From a virus: a stretch of DNA of 64,000 nucleotides. Within the stretch, counting starts at the first letter, position 1. Every line of letters starts with the position of its first letter. The position numbers were made by a program, and so were the translations under genes. This document shows positions 47,944 through 56,740 of the stretch, one piece after another. The notes under the pieces are model-generated. The model saw only the letters and a program-made list of their open reading frames with translations, made no database searches and was not told the DNA's origin. The stretch is taken from IMG/VR virus record IMGVR_UViG_3300047478_000138, positions 1 to 64,000 of that record; one strand, given 5' to 3'.

Positions 47944-49233
47944 ACCCTTAGAAGTGTGGGCAGTTAACAAATACAAGTTAGATGCTACCATAGTTTGCTC
48001 TTTGGCATGATTGTATGCGTTGAGAATGTCGTCAGATCCGTGATTAAGTACTAATTGAATAGCTGACTTAAGTCGTGCATCCTCCGGATTTGCTTGTAAT
48101 AAGTACTTATACAAGCTGATAGATTCACGTTTCTTCGCTGATAGTGAACCCCAATCATCAATGTCGTGTTGTAAATGCTTCAGTTCAAAGTCCTTCTGAT
48201 CAAACGCTGGTTTAGCAAAGATTAGAGCACGTGGAAGCTTGAAAATTTGGTCAAGTTTGGTTTTGTGTGATAGATGATATGTCAGGTTTGCTTTGTTGTA
48301 CTCAATCATCTTGCCAATAAGAGTGTTGTTATTACGTACAAGATATGCTTTGGTAACAGATTTGACTTTAGTTGGATATTCCATGCCTTCAAATACTGCG
48401 TCAGGATCAAGGTAAGTTTGCAAGAAAGTCTCAATTGCTGGTGCATAGGATTGATCAACTCGGAAGGATTTACTGAGTTGCAATACCTTCGCATCAGGAT
48501 AAAACTGAAAACCATCCTTCAGATTAAGGAATTCGAAAATTGATTGATTAGAATCACCAACGAATATCTTCTGCGTTGCTGGAATTGCATCAATGATGTC
48601 AAGTGCCATACCTGACATATCCTGAAATTCATCCACAAGTAAGCGGTCTACTGACGGTAATTGGATAGTTCCATTCATAACAAATATGTGAAATAACTTG
48701 AGGTAAAATGAATGGGTGATAGGCATTCCCCCAGAAGCCATTTGGTTCAGCAGTTGCTTCAGTAATGGTACAAGGCGATAATTAAACTCAGGATTGTCGT
48801 GATTAGCGTTAGAGTAAGCATCGACTGATGTGAAGTCGGATAAACAGTACTGCTCAATCATTTGGATCAATTCAAAATCAGAACCAAAAGGTCGCTTGAT
48901 AGACTTAGGTAGATCACGCCAAGTAAGAAATGGACGGACCATACCAAGTGAGTACTGCTTCACAGTGTACGAGTATGCAAATGCATGTAAGGTGGATACA
49001 ATTGAATTGCTGCCAAACTCGCGTTTAGCCTCTGCTGCAGCCATAGATCCGAAGATTAAATAACGACAAGTAGCTTCAGGATAAATTGATTTGTAGCGTC
49101 GAATAGCTTCCACAAGAGATGATGATTTAGCGGCTCCAGCGACTGCCTTAATAAGAACGATTGGAGAAGTTGGATTGATAACCTCATCAAAGATTGCTAC
49201 TTGCTGTGGGGAGTATGAAAATAAATTGCTCAT
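47944..49233 (-). CDS. SF1 (UvrD/Rep-like) helicase, exon 1
   Basis: SPQQ Q-motif, AVAGAAKS Walker A, STLHAFA, LVDEFQD, VGDSNQSIF, LSKSFR, TAHTSKG. Confidence 0.88.
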
Positions 49234-49592
49234 TGCATTCCTAATAAAATTGGTTGAAGTTTCTCTGGAGCTGTATATGCACTTGCAGTCCACATAATTG
49301 GATCACTAGTAAATATATGACGAAATTCAGATTGAATCCAGTCTATAAGAAATGGAGTTACGGTAATCGCACCAGGATTGTGCCAGATAAAACCAATTGG
49401 TCTACTCCCACCTCTACTAATTCCTCTTGCTAGAGTACGTGTAGATTGAGCTAATAACTTAATAGCCAGTCCACTTCCATCAGGAAATCGGAGTTCAATC
49501 CATGAGACAGATTTACGTCGAATTGGATGTCGTTCAAATTCCTGTTCAAGTACTGATAAGTGACTTATAGATCCTGTAGTAATAAATGACAT
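49230..49592 (-). CDS. Hypothetical protein
   Basis: 120-aa ORF, ATGA-coupled to the helicase. Confidence 0.5.
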   Translation of the reverse strand: MSFITTGSISHLSVLEQEFERHPIRRKSVSWIELRFPDGSGLAIKLLAQSTRTLARGISRGGSRPIGFIWHNPGAITVTPFLIDWIQSEFRHIFTSDPIMWTASAYTAPEKLQPILLGMQ

Positions 49593-49619
49593 GAGAAAGC
49601 CTTAATAAAATTGGTTGGA

Positions 49620-49672
49620 GTAGTTGGTTCAACAGGTACAAAGGACTAACAAAGACCTGCTGAACCAACTAC
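49620..49672. other. Intergenic long hairpin
   Basis: GTAGTTGGTTCAACAGGT ... ACCTGCTGAACCAACTAC inverted repeat. Confidence 0.5.
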
Positions 49673-49695
49673 TATATACTAGTAGTTGGCGTAGA

Positions 49696-50043
49696 TTACT
49701 CTACGTAAGCTGGAGATTCAGACTCTTCATCTTCATATGGAGGTTGTGTATCTATCGATTCATAATCAGTAGACTCCTCTTCGATGACGCCTGCTGAAGG
49801 TTTAACTGCAGTAGTTGATTGCTTAGGTTGTCTAAGTACAACAGTAGTGATTCCATCTGCATCTGTATCGCCTAAAGTGATGGTAGTGAATGTTGGGAAC
49901 TGAGTGAATGAACTTGCTAAAAATGGGTTAAGGATACGCTTGATAGCGTTCGATGCTAATGGATCAGTCATAGCTTCTGCGATGATTGAGTTTAGCTCAG
50001 ATTTAGTTAATTCGATGTTAATTTGTGGTTTAATGATTTCCAA
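49696..50043 (-). CDS. Hypothetical protein with acidic tail
   Basis: Likely TTG start after AAAGGA; acidic C-terminus. Confidence 0.55.
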   Translation of the reverse strand: MEIIKPQINIELTKSELNSIIAEAMTDPLASNAIKRILNPFLASSFTQFPTFTTITLGDTDADGITTVVLRQPKQSTTAVKPSAGVIEEESTDYESIDTQPPYEDEESESPAYVE

Positions 50044-50074
50044 TTGGATTCCTTTCTGGAGTTGATGTAAAAAT

Positions 50075-50281
50075 TTAGTTTGCTGGATCATTACTGATCA
50101 CCAATAGTTTCTCATTAGTGAGTAACTCTTTACGAAGTTGAGTTGACATGTTGTCAAGATGCTTAGAGCACTCACGAATGACTCTGCTAGATTCACGAGA
50201 TTGTACTAATGAATGTGCTGCAATAGCACCTAGAGCGGACTCTAGTGCTGATTGATACTGGTTGAGAGTAGACTCATCCAT
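50075..50281 (-). CDS. Hypothetical helical protein
   Basis: TAATG-coupled to the SSB gene. Confidence 0.55.
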   Translation of the reverse strand: MDESTLNQYQSALESALGAIAAHSLVQSRESSRVIRECSKHLDNMSTQLRKELLTNEKLLVISNDPAN

Positions 50282-51069
50282 TAGAATGGCTTAACTGCTG
50301 CTCCAGCTGCAGCTCCACCAGTAGTTGCTGATTCAGTTGCAGGAATAGTTCCACCTGATTGAATTATCTTTAATTCCTGTATACAAGCACGATTAGTTCT
50401 GTCATTGTACTTGATAGATGCAGCTGCTTTGGCTTTCTTCACTGCTTCAACGATTGCTATTGGTTCAGTTTTGCCTGCTTCAACTTCTGCGAGAGAAAGT
50501 CTATTAACATTGAATAGTGCATCCATGTTAAGTTCCTGGTTTCTCCAGCATTTATTTGCATCTTTGCCATCTGCTGAGATTACGTAAGATGAAATACCTG
50601 TGAATTGCTTGCCAATAAGTGCTGTCCATGATTCAACTGCTACTTGACCTTTCTCTGGGAAAGTTACTGTTGCTGGTTTAATACCTGCACCGAATTGATT
50701 TGCATCAAGGCCTACTACTTTCCATAGGTTGTTAAGTTGACCGATTGCGCGTACGTTGTCGTATTCTGCACCTTCCGTGTCAAGGTATGTTTTCACACCG
50801 TTAACTGAGTATTCTCCAGCTTTAACAACGCCTTTATCGTCTTTGCCGACTTTCTGCTTCAAGAAGCCTGTCCAGTCGATTGTCTTGCCTTCAGCATCTT
50901 CCATCTTCAATACGAAACGTGGATATGTTCCGTTCTCTGAAGCGATTTCGTATGCTTCTTTGATAGTTAACTTGTGCTCTCCGTCAGAGTTCACTTTAAC
51001 ACCTGATTTGCCTAATTTTGCCTTGTCTTCTGCTGACATGTTAGTTAATATGTTTGCGATAATACTCAA
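50281..51069 (-). CDS. Single-stranded DNA-binding protein (N4 gp45 position)
   Basis: OB-like N-terminus (GEHKLTIKEAY), flexible Gly/Ala tail ending PF, near the Sak4-like ATPase; TTG start. Confidence 0.65.
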   Translation of the reverse strand: MSIIANILTNMSAEDKAKLGKSGVKVNSDGEHKLTIKEAYEIASENGTYPRFVLKMEDAEGKTIDWTGFLKQKVGKDDKGVVKAGEYSVNGVKTYLDTEGAEYDNVRAIGQLNNLWKVVGLDANQFGAGIKPATVTFPEKGQVAVESWTALIGKQFTGISSYVISADGKDANKCWRNQELNMDALFNVNRLSLAEVEAGKTEPIAIVEAVKKAKAAASIKYNDRTNRACIQELKIIQSGGTIPATESATTGGAAAGAAVKPF

Positions 51070-51143
51070 ATTGTATCCTTTATGATTTAATTAAATTGTT
51101 ACTACTTACGTAGTGCCTCTGGTTAAATGTTGTGCAGTTATAG

Positions 51144-51374
51144 TCAGGCTGACAAAGCTCTAAGAGCTGTAACTAATGCTTTAACTTGTTCGTCTGTGCA
51201 AGTTTCTAGTAAATGCTTGAGACGTTTGCCGTTCGATTCAGTTGATTGCATGTCTATGTCAAGATCATCCACTAAGTCCTCAAATTCTGCTCTAGTTAGG
51301 TTAAGCACATAACCCGCACTTGGAGAGAATTCAGCCATGTAAGACTTGATTTGCTTATGAGTTAGTGAGTTCAC
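51144..51374 (-). CDS. Hypothetical protein
   Basis: 76 aa; GYVLN.TR..F...SNGKRLK.LL resembles an AbiJ-NTD-like helical domain (weak). Confidence 0.5.
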   Translation of the reverse strand: MNSLTHKQIKSYMAEFSPSAGYVLNLTRAEFEDLVDDLDIDMQSTESNGKRLKHLLETCTDEQVKALVTALRALSA

Positions 51375-51546
51375 TTAATAGCTCCGTTTCGTCTGTGAGT
51401 TCGTATTCCGCAGAATCTACTACATAATTCCAATCATGCTCAGAGTAATTCTCCTCTGCAAGACGTTCTGCTTCTAGTACAGAATTTGCTTCTATGTCTG
51501 CATATTCATATTCTTTACGAATATAAAATACTCTATAAGTTGCCAT
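51355..51546 (-). CDS. Hypothetical protein (DpnD/PcfM-like)
   Basis: YRV......IEANS..EAERLAEE pattern. Confidence 0.5.
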   Translation of the reverse strand: MATYRVFYIRKEYEYADIEANSVLEAERLAEENYSEHDWNYVVDSAEYELTDETELLSELTNS

Positions 51547-51547
51547 A

Positions 51548-52294
51548 CTAAATCTCTACTAACTTGCCATCAACAACGTGCTTACGCTTGGATAAAACTT
51601 GTTCGAGATCATCTACCGATACACGAGGGATCTTAAAATGCCCTGCTGCAAGTTTAGTCTTCGTAGTGTTTGCTGGATCGAATACATCAGATTCAAAATA
51701 GAATTGACGATCTTCAAGGACTGTCTCTACAACTGTTGAGAATGACTCCTCAATGATGTTAGTATGCTCCTTGCCTTTCGTGGTTACGTATCGCTTCTCG
51801 TTAACATTGTGACCAAGTTTCGGCGGATAGTGTGCTGACACGTATGTGAACTTACCATAAGTAAGTGTGCAAGATTTGATAGTTTCCAAAATTTTCGTGA
51901 TTGAGTTGTTATAACCGTTCCAAATATCAAAGCCCTTGAACTGCGCTGCTGCCCAACGGTTAAGTAACTTAGTCATAAGAGTAAATGTATCTAGAAAAAT
52001 TCTATCACATCCGTCATATGCTGCTACTGAAATGATGTCCTTGCAGATGTTGTCTACCATATCGTAATCATCTATATTGAAGTCACGGTATACCTTTGCA
52101 AATACTGCATCGTCATCCTCATCCTCACAAATTGCTTTGTTGTCGAAGTTAAAGATAACTGTACGCTTACGCTCCTCATCAGATAACTGTGAGAATGCAT
52201 AAGACTTTCCTGAACCGGTTTCACTTGCTAGTAAAACTGGGTAATGTGATGTTAATCGCTTACGGTCAGTAAGGGTTAAACCTGATAAATTCAT
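51548..52294 (-). CDS. Sak4-like AAA ATPase (N4 gp44-like)
   Basis: SETGSGKS Walker A, IFLDTFT, AH, KGK...IEESFSTVV. Confidence 0.8.
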   Translation of the reverse strand: MNLSGLTLTDRKRLTSHYPVLLASETGSGKSYAFSQLSDEERKRTVIFNFDNKAICEDEDDDAVFAKVYRDFNIDDYDMVDNICKDIISVAAYDGCDRIFLDTFTLMTKLLNRWAAAQFKGFDIWNGYNNSITKILETIKSCTLTYGKFTYVSAHYPPKLGHNVNEKRYVTTKGKEHTNIIEESFSTVVETVLEDRQFYFESDVFDPANTTKTKLAAGHFKIPRVSVDDLEQVLSKRKHVVDGKLVEI

Positions 52295-52401
52295 TGTAAT
52301 TCCTTTCCTGTAAAATAGATTGCTAATCCTGCAACTGCCAAATCAGCACTTCCTGCTAATCCTGCAATAGTTGTTGTACCTAATAAAATAAAGTTAATCA
52401 T
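52291..52401 (-). CDS. Small hydrophobic ORF (36 aa, not in ORF track)
   Basis: MINFILLGTTTIAGLAGSADLAVAGLAIYFTGKELQ; ATGA overlap. Confidence 0.4.
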   Translation of the reverse strand: MINFILLGTTTIAGLAGSADLAVAGLAIYFTGKELQ

Positions 52402-52411
52402 TTTATAATAT

Positions 52412-53203
52412 TTACTCATGTGTGATCCTTTGTTGTTTGATAAAATTAAGTACACGACGGGATAGTTCCTGTTGGGACTTAGGGATTAAGAACAAGGAGT
52501 TAACATAATTAACTACCTGTTCCACTTGAGAATAGGATAAACCCATCTCCATTGCTTTATATGCAGCGCTAAGTAATGACTTAGTGCGCCTGCCTTTCGT
52601 TGCATGCTGATACGAGTTGAACTCATGCAATAGCTCAGATATATCCTCCGTAGGACTAGTGGTTCGGTACTCCGGTAAAGATAAATCAACTAGATAATCC
52701 TCAACAATTAATGGTGATTCAGTAAAGTTAAATAGTACTAGTGAACCAGCATAGGAATAGTACTTTTGTGCGGGCTTAGACGATGCCGTATCCATATCGG
52801 AGATTAATCCATTCACACGAATCCCAGTGACTACTGAGCGATACTCCGTTGAATCAACAGATCGACTAAGTGGGATTAACACACGATACTTATATAAATT
52901 GTTGGTGTTTGATGTTGTTGCTATAATACACTCCAAATCCTCATCAATGAGTTGTTGCAAACGATCATAAATCGACAATGATGTCGAGTCAACATCAATA
53001 ATTACGAATTGTGCATCCGAACAAATGTTGAATGTTCCTTGTTCATATCCGATGTAATTGAATGGTGAGAACATATAGTCCTTCACCAAAAGTTCAGTTA
53101 AGTCAGTAAAATTACACTCTACAAAGCGTTCGTAGTGCTTAATCCACTGACGTTCATCCTTGGAGTAATTGGGTAGTTCACGTACTGAAAGAGTTACTTG
53201 CAT
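52412..53203 (-). CDS. Primase (AEP/prim-pol catalytic domain plus PriCT-like helix bundle)
   Basis: FSPF, FVIIDVD (DxD), IATTS...KYRVLIPLSR, KPAQ.YY, G.R...L..AA. Confidence 0.7.
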   Translation of the reverse strand: MQVTLSVRELPNYSKDERQWIKHYERFVECNFTDLTELLVKDYMFSPFNYIGYEQGTFNICSDAQFVIIDVDSTSLSIYDRLQQLIDEDLECIIATTSNTNNLYKYRVLIPLSRSVDSTEYRSVVTGIRVNGLISDMDTASSKPAQKYYSYAGSLVLFNFTESPLIVEDYLVDLSLPEYRTTSPTEDISELLHEFNSYQHATKGRRTKSLLSAAYKAMEMGLSYSQVEQVVNYVNSLFLIPKSQQELSRRVLNFIKQQRITHE

Positions 53204-53682
53204 GGCTTTGACTCAGCCCACACACGTTCAAAATATGCTGTTTGCTCTCCATGCATAATAAAAAAGTCAGGATTAAACATATATTGATGTCTGCGCACTC
53301 TGCGTACAAGATCCTCCTTACATAGAAGGTTAAATCCCTTCAAGAATGTTTCGTATTTAATAGAACCATGTGCTGCTGGATCAAAGAATGCTGAATCAGG
53401 GGCTAAGGTTGCTATATAATTTAATGAATTTAGTTCCTTATCCCATATAATTGAGTCCTTGATGAATTTAATGACAGTACGTTCATTGTTGCTAATGCGA
53501 GTCACCACATCAATGAAATCTATTCCAGTAAATTGCCAATCTGCTTTCTGGCCTTCTTCTGCTACGTTATTCCATGATTCTCTACCAACCATATAAAATC
53601 CTCTGTTTGATTTCTGTTTAGTGCGCTTAATAAGCTCTTCATTAGCTCTTAAGGTAACCTGTACTATACTTTGCTTGTCCAT
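53194..53682 (-). CDS. RepL-like winged-helix replication/regulatory protein
   Basis: C-terminal KGF..L...DLVRRV....YMFNPDF motif; has its own promoter. Confidence 0.6.
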   Translation of the reverse strand: MDKQSIVQVTLRANEELIKRTKQKSNRGFYMVGRESWNNVAEEGQKADWQFTGIDFIDVVTRISNNERTVIKFIKDSIIWDKELNSLNYIATLAPDSAFFDPAAHGSIKYETFLKGFNLLCKEDLVRRVRRHQYMFNPDFFIMHGEQTAYFERVWAESKPCK

Positions 53683-53717
53683 ATAAAATCCCTTTGCATG
53701 ATTTGTTTCGCAAGTAA

Positions 53718-53739
53718 ATTATAGCAAAGGACTACTTAA
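53718..53739 (-). promoter_or_regulatory. Promoter upstream of the RepL-like gene
   Basis: TTAAG-tagtcctttgc-TATAAT on the - strand. Confidence 0.6.
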
Positions 53740-53868
53740 ACTCCGCATAAATCATGCACAAAATCAAGAAATTCTTCCTAAATTATGCTTAAATTAACAT
53801 GGTAAAAGTCCTGAAATAGGGAGTTAATTGCATGTTGCTACATTATATAATATACTATACGGAAAGAG

Positions 53869-54099
53869 TTACTTGCACGATTCGAAACTGTTGCATCCGA
53901 AAGTGGTAAATGTTGCTTCTGGATCTACTTGCAGAATTGAGTCCTGTACAGAACATCCATAACCATCATGTTTACAATTCGTACAAGTCTGCTGTTCAAA
54001 GTTATCATAAATACGATCTACTGCATGTTTAAGGTTCTGATAATCATATGAATTAATTGTACAATTGGTTACTAATGCTATTGCATCATTTCGTGTCAT
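53869..54099 (-). CDS. Small Cys-rich hypothetical protein
   Basis: CTNCKH...C...FGCNSFE. Confidence 0.55.
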   Translation of the reverse strand: MTRNDAIALVTNCTINSYDYQNLKHAVDRIYDNFEQQTCTNCKHDGYGCSVQDSILQVDPEATFTTFGCNSFESCK

Positions 54100-54108
54100 T
54101 TGCTACTC

Positions 54109-56388
54109 CTATAAATTTATAAATGGTTCGATTAGATATTCCTGCTTAACAGATTCTCCAAAAGAAACATTAAGTGAAGCGTTAATTGAATCAATAGTTT
54201 CTGCAACTCGTGCTGAATCAACCCCATGAACCACCATATCATACACAATAGATGCTGCTAGAAGTAATGGTGTATTCGACACGTTCAACATATCCACAAT
54301 AATTGCTTGATTATCAAGTATCTCAGACTGCAAATACTTGTCAATCTGCTGCTTAGTTGGCTTAACCTCAGGCTTAGTTGCCAATAATGGAATTGGAGTT
54401 TGCGATGCTATGTTACCAAGAATTGCGCTAATATCAAATGCAGTTGCTGGTTCGGTGTGAGTTAGCAGTGATGAATTAGCATATCCATGATGATTGTTCT
54501 CGTATTCACAATGCTCAGGAGCTATGCGTAACATAAGTTGATTAGCAATTGACATAGTGACATACTTATACTCAGAAGGCTTGATAGCTGAACTGATTGG
54601 TAAATTAAGCACAAAGGCATGATGATTAGTTGGATCGGATGAGGTTGCTATAAAGTGCTTGATGTTACTTAAGTACTTGCTAATCTGCTGCATTGACAAG
54701 AATGAATCTGTCACGGTTAAAACTACAAAAGTTGCTTCGTTTCCGCCAAATGGATTGAATGAGGAATTGACTTTCAGCAATTCACCAAGCATCTCAATAG
54801 GCTTGTCCTTGGAGATGTTGGCGATTGGGCGAGTCGATACATGTCCACCACAAGCTCGGTAAGTATACGTGAGTTCAGTGTTCTTCACAACTGGCACAAA
54901 TATGAAACAATTGGACTTGTCCGAATAGCTTACAGTTGCAACACCCTCCAAGCGAGAATTAACGGGTTTGAGAAAGTTGTTGATTGATTGGGAGTTAAGC
55001 GACTTAACATTGATGTAACCTCTGATAATAGCTTCATCAAGTGGTAAGACATTACTAAAAAAACCTTGTTGCCAGTCTGCAATAAATAGTTCGTAGTCCT
55101 TCATATTTAAAGTATCTGAAAAACGTAATAAATGCTGTGCTGTATAGTCTGCAAAATAAATTGCTGCAATAATAGTTTCCTTCGTGATACGCGTTTCGCC
55201 AGATGCCATAGCCCAAATTGCTGCTATACGACCTATCTTAAATGCACGACCTGACATTTCTATGCCTTCTACAGAATCGCCATTACGTAGTAATAGTGCT
55301 TTGCTATAGTAGTAGTTGTACTTCTTGTAGTCTGCATAGATCTGTCCAGCTTCGTCAGTGAACATAAGTATACGATTCTCGTCAATTTGCTTAACACAAT
55401 TGAGAAAATGAGTGTTCAAATTTCGTGTAGATTCTTCTAGAACTTGGCGTTGCTTGGCTTCGAACATACGATCCTCTGCTGGAGTTGATGGTATATACTC
55501 GTTTTCAAATTCCTCTTTAGCGTTGCTGAATACGATTGTAGTACGACGTGCTAGTGAAGTAAGTAGCATAGGAATTAACAACTTCCGGACATTGCCTTCA
55601 GTGTAGAATGGTGCCGGGCTAGAGATGCCAAGTAAATTGGGAAACATACCTGTAACAGATTCTTCCTTGGCTTCCTCGGTTTTAAACTCAGGTGCAACTG
55701 ATTGACCCATATCGTAGAGGATTGAGAATAACTCAAGGACATCAACTATGTTAGAATTAGATTGAATTGCCATACCAAGTTCAGATGAAAATAAAGATTT
55801 AGTTCCATATGAAGCTTTAGCCATGCGATTAAGAGATGTAGTTAATCCTCCACGAGTTGAGGCAAGTGAAGTAATTGGGATTTCAAGCTTTGCAACATAC
55901 TCCAGATAATCTGATAATTGTACTGCTGATTCGTCAAATTCCGGATTGCCTTTCTTCATATCCTTGACATACTTAGTACGTGCAAGTTCCTGTGCTTCAA
56001 GTGCAGTTTGCTCACTGATAAAATCTGCTGCAAGTTGAGTTGCCTTTGTAAGAGCTTGATAAGTTGAGTCCTTACCACCTCCAGAACGCGCGATAACAAT
56101 TGAGTAAGTGTTTATGCCTATCTCGTCATCCGAGTACATAGGATCGTTTATACGAGGTCGTAGTTGACCGAATAGATGACCTAATACAAAGTTAGCCACA
56201 GCTAAAGCAGAGATGTTGGAAAATGATGGTGTTTTAGCGATGGCTAGTTGAATCATTTGCTGAATGACTGGTGGTAAAAGTGTGACATCAAATGAAGTCA
56301 TACTGCGATTCTGTAAGAAAGTTAGTTCAGATTTGTACTGATTGCTAAGGCTTTCTAGTTGGCTAATTATTTGATCTTCTTGTTTCAT
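54109..56388 (-). CDS. Primase-associated helicase (DUF3987-like P-loop) with degenerate AEP C-terminus (N4 gp43-like)
   Basis: IARSGGGKD Walker A, SELG, LYD.G, LARR arginine finger; the C-terminus aligns by eye with 52412..53203. Confidence 0.7.
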   Translation of the reverse strand: MKQEDQIISQLESLSNQYKSELTFLQNRSMTSFDVTLLPPVIQQMIQLAIAKTPSFSNISALAVANFVLGHLFGQLRPRINDPMYSDDEIGINTYSIVIARSGGGKDSTYQALTKATQLAADFISEQTALEAQELARTKYVKDMKKGNPEFDESAVQLSDYLEYVAKLEIPITSLASTRGGLTTSLNRMAKASYGTKSLFSSELGMAIQSNSNIVDVLELFSILYDMGQSVAPEFKTEEAKEESVTGMFPNLLGISSPAPFYTEGNVRKLLIPMLLTSLARRTTIVFSNAKEEFENEYIPSTPAEDRMFEAKQRQVLEESTRNLNTHFLNCVKQIDENRILMFTDEAGQIYADYKKYNYYYSKALLLRNGDSVEGIEMSGRAFKIGRIAAIWAMASGETRITKETIIAAIYFADYTAQHLLRFSDTLNMKDYELFIADWQQGFFSNVLPLDEAIIRGYINVKSLNSQSINNFLKPVNSRLEGVATVSYSDKSNCFIFVPVVKNTELTYTYRACGGHVSTRPIANISKDKPIEMLGELLKVNSSFNPFGGNEATFVVLTVTDSFLSMQQISKYLSNIKHFIATSSDPTNHHAFVLNLPISSAIKPSEYKYVTMSIANQLMLRIAPEHCEYENNHHGYANSSLLTHTEPATAFDISAILGNIASQTPIPLLATKPEVKPTKQQIDKYLQSEILDNQAIIVDMLNVSNTPLLLAASIVYDMVVHGVDSARVAETIDSINASLNVSFGESVKQEYLIEPFINL

Positions 56389-56389
56389 G

Positions 56390-56599
56390 TTAATCCTTTG
56401 TAGACAGTATAGAAAGTATAGTCATATGTCTACTTATAAACTCTAAATACTCTGTGCGATTATTATACACCTTCCAAGTTGCTTTTACTGCATACTGATT
56501 TGCTGTTCTACTAGCTTTATCAACTCCTAGATGCAGGTTCTCGAGCTTAATAACTGAGTAAATCAGTCTATATACTTGTGTTTGTGTGTATGATTTCAT
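56390..56599 (-). CDS. Hypothetical protein
   Basis: AAGGA RBS, 69 aa. Confidence 0.55.
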   Translation of the reverse strand: MKSYTQTQVYRLIYSVIKLENLHLGVDKASRTANQYAVKATWKVYNNRTEYLEFISRHMTILSILSTKD

Positions 56600-56626
56600 G
56601 TGTTGTCCTTTGTAAAATTAAAATTA

Positions 56627-56730
56627 TGTAATCTATCTGAGAGCATTACTGGGCCGGTAGCACTGAGGATGAATCCTGCTGCAGGCGGCTTCATTCCTGT
56701 CTTATAAGTAATGCTCTGAGATAGATTATA
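56627..56730. ncRNA. Candidate structured RNA downstream of DNA polymerase
   Basis: About 24-bp closing stem (TAATCTATCTGAGAGCATTACT / AGTAATGCTCTGAGATAGATTA) enclosing a GC-rich inner hairpin. Confidence 0.4.
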
Positions 56731-56740
56731 CATTAACAGA

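Noticed and set aside
53194-54099. Two more ORFs ending in CK* as members of the Cys-junction system
   Set aside because: Both contain other Cys and the following genes do not start M-x-C.
56663-56669. Hammerhead ribozyme (CUGAGGA) in the post-polymerase structure
   Set aside because: No downstream GAAA core. An HDV-like fold also lacks room for P3.
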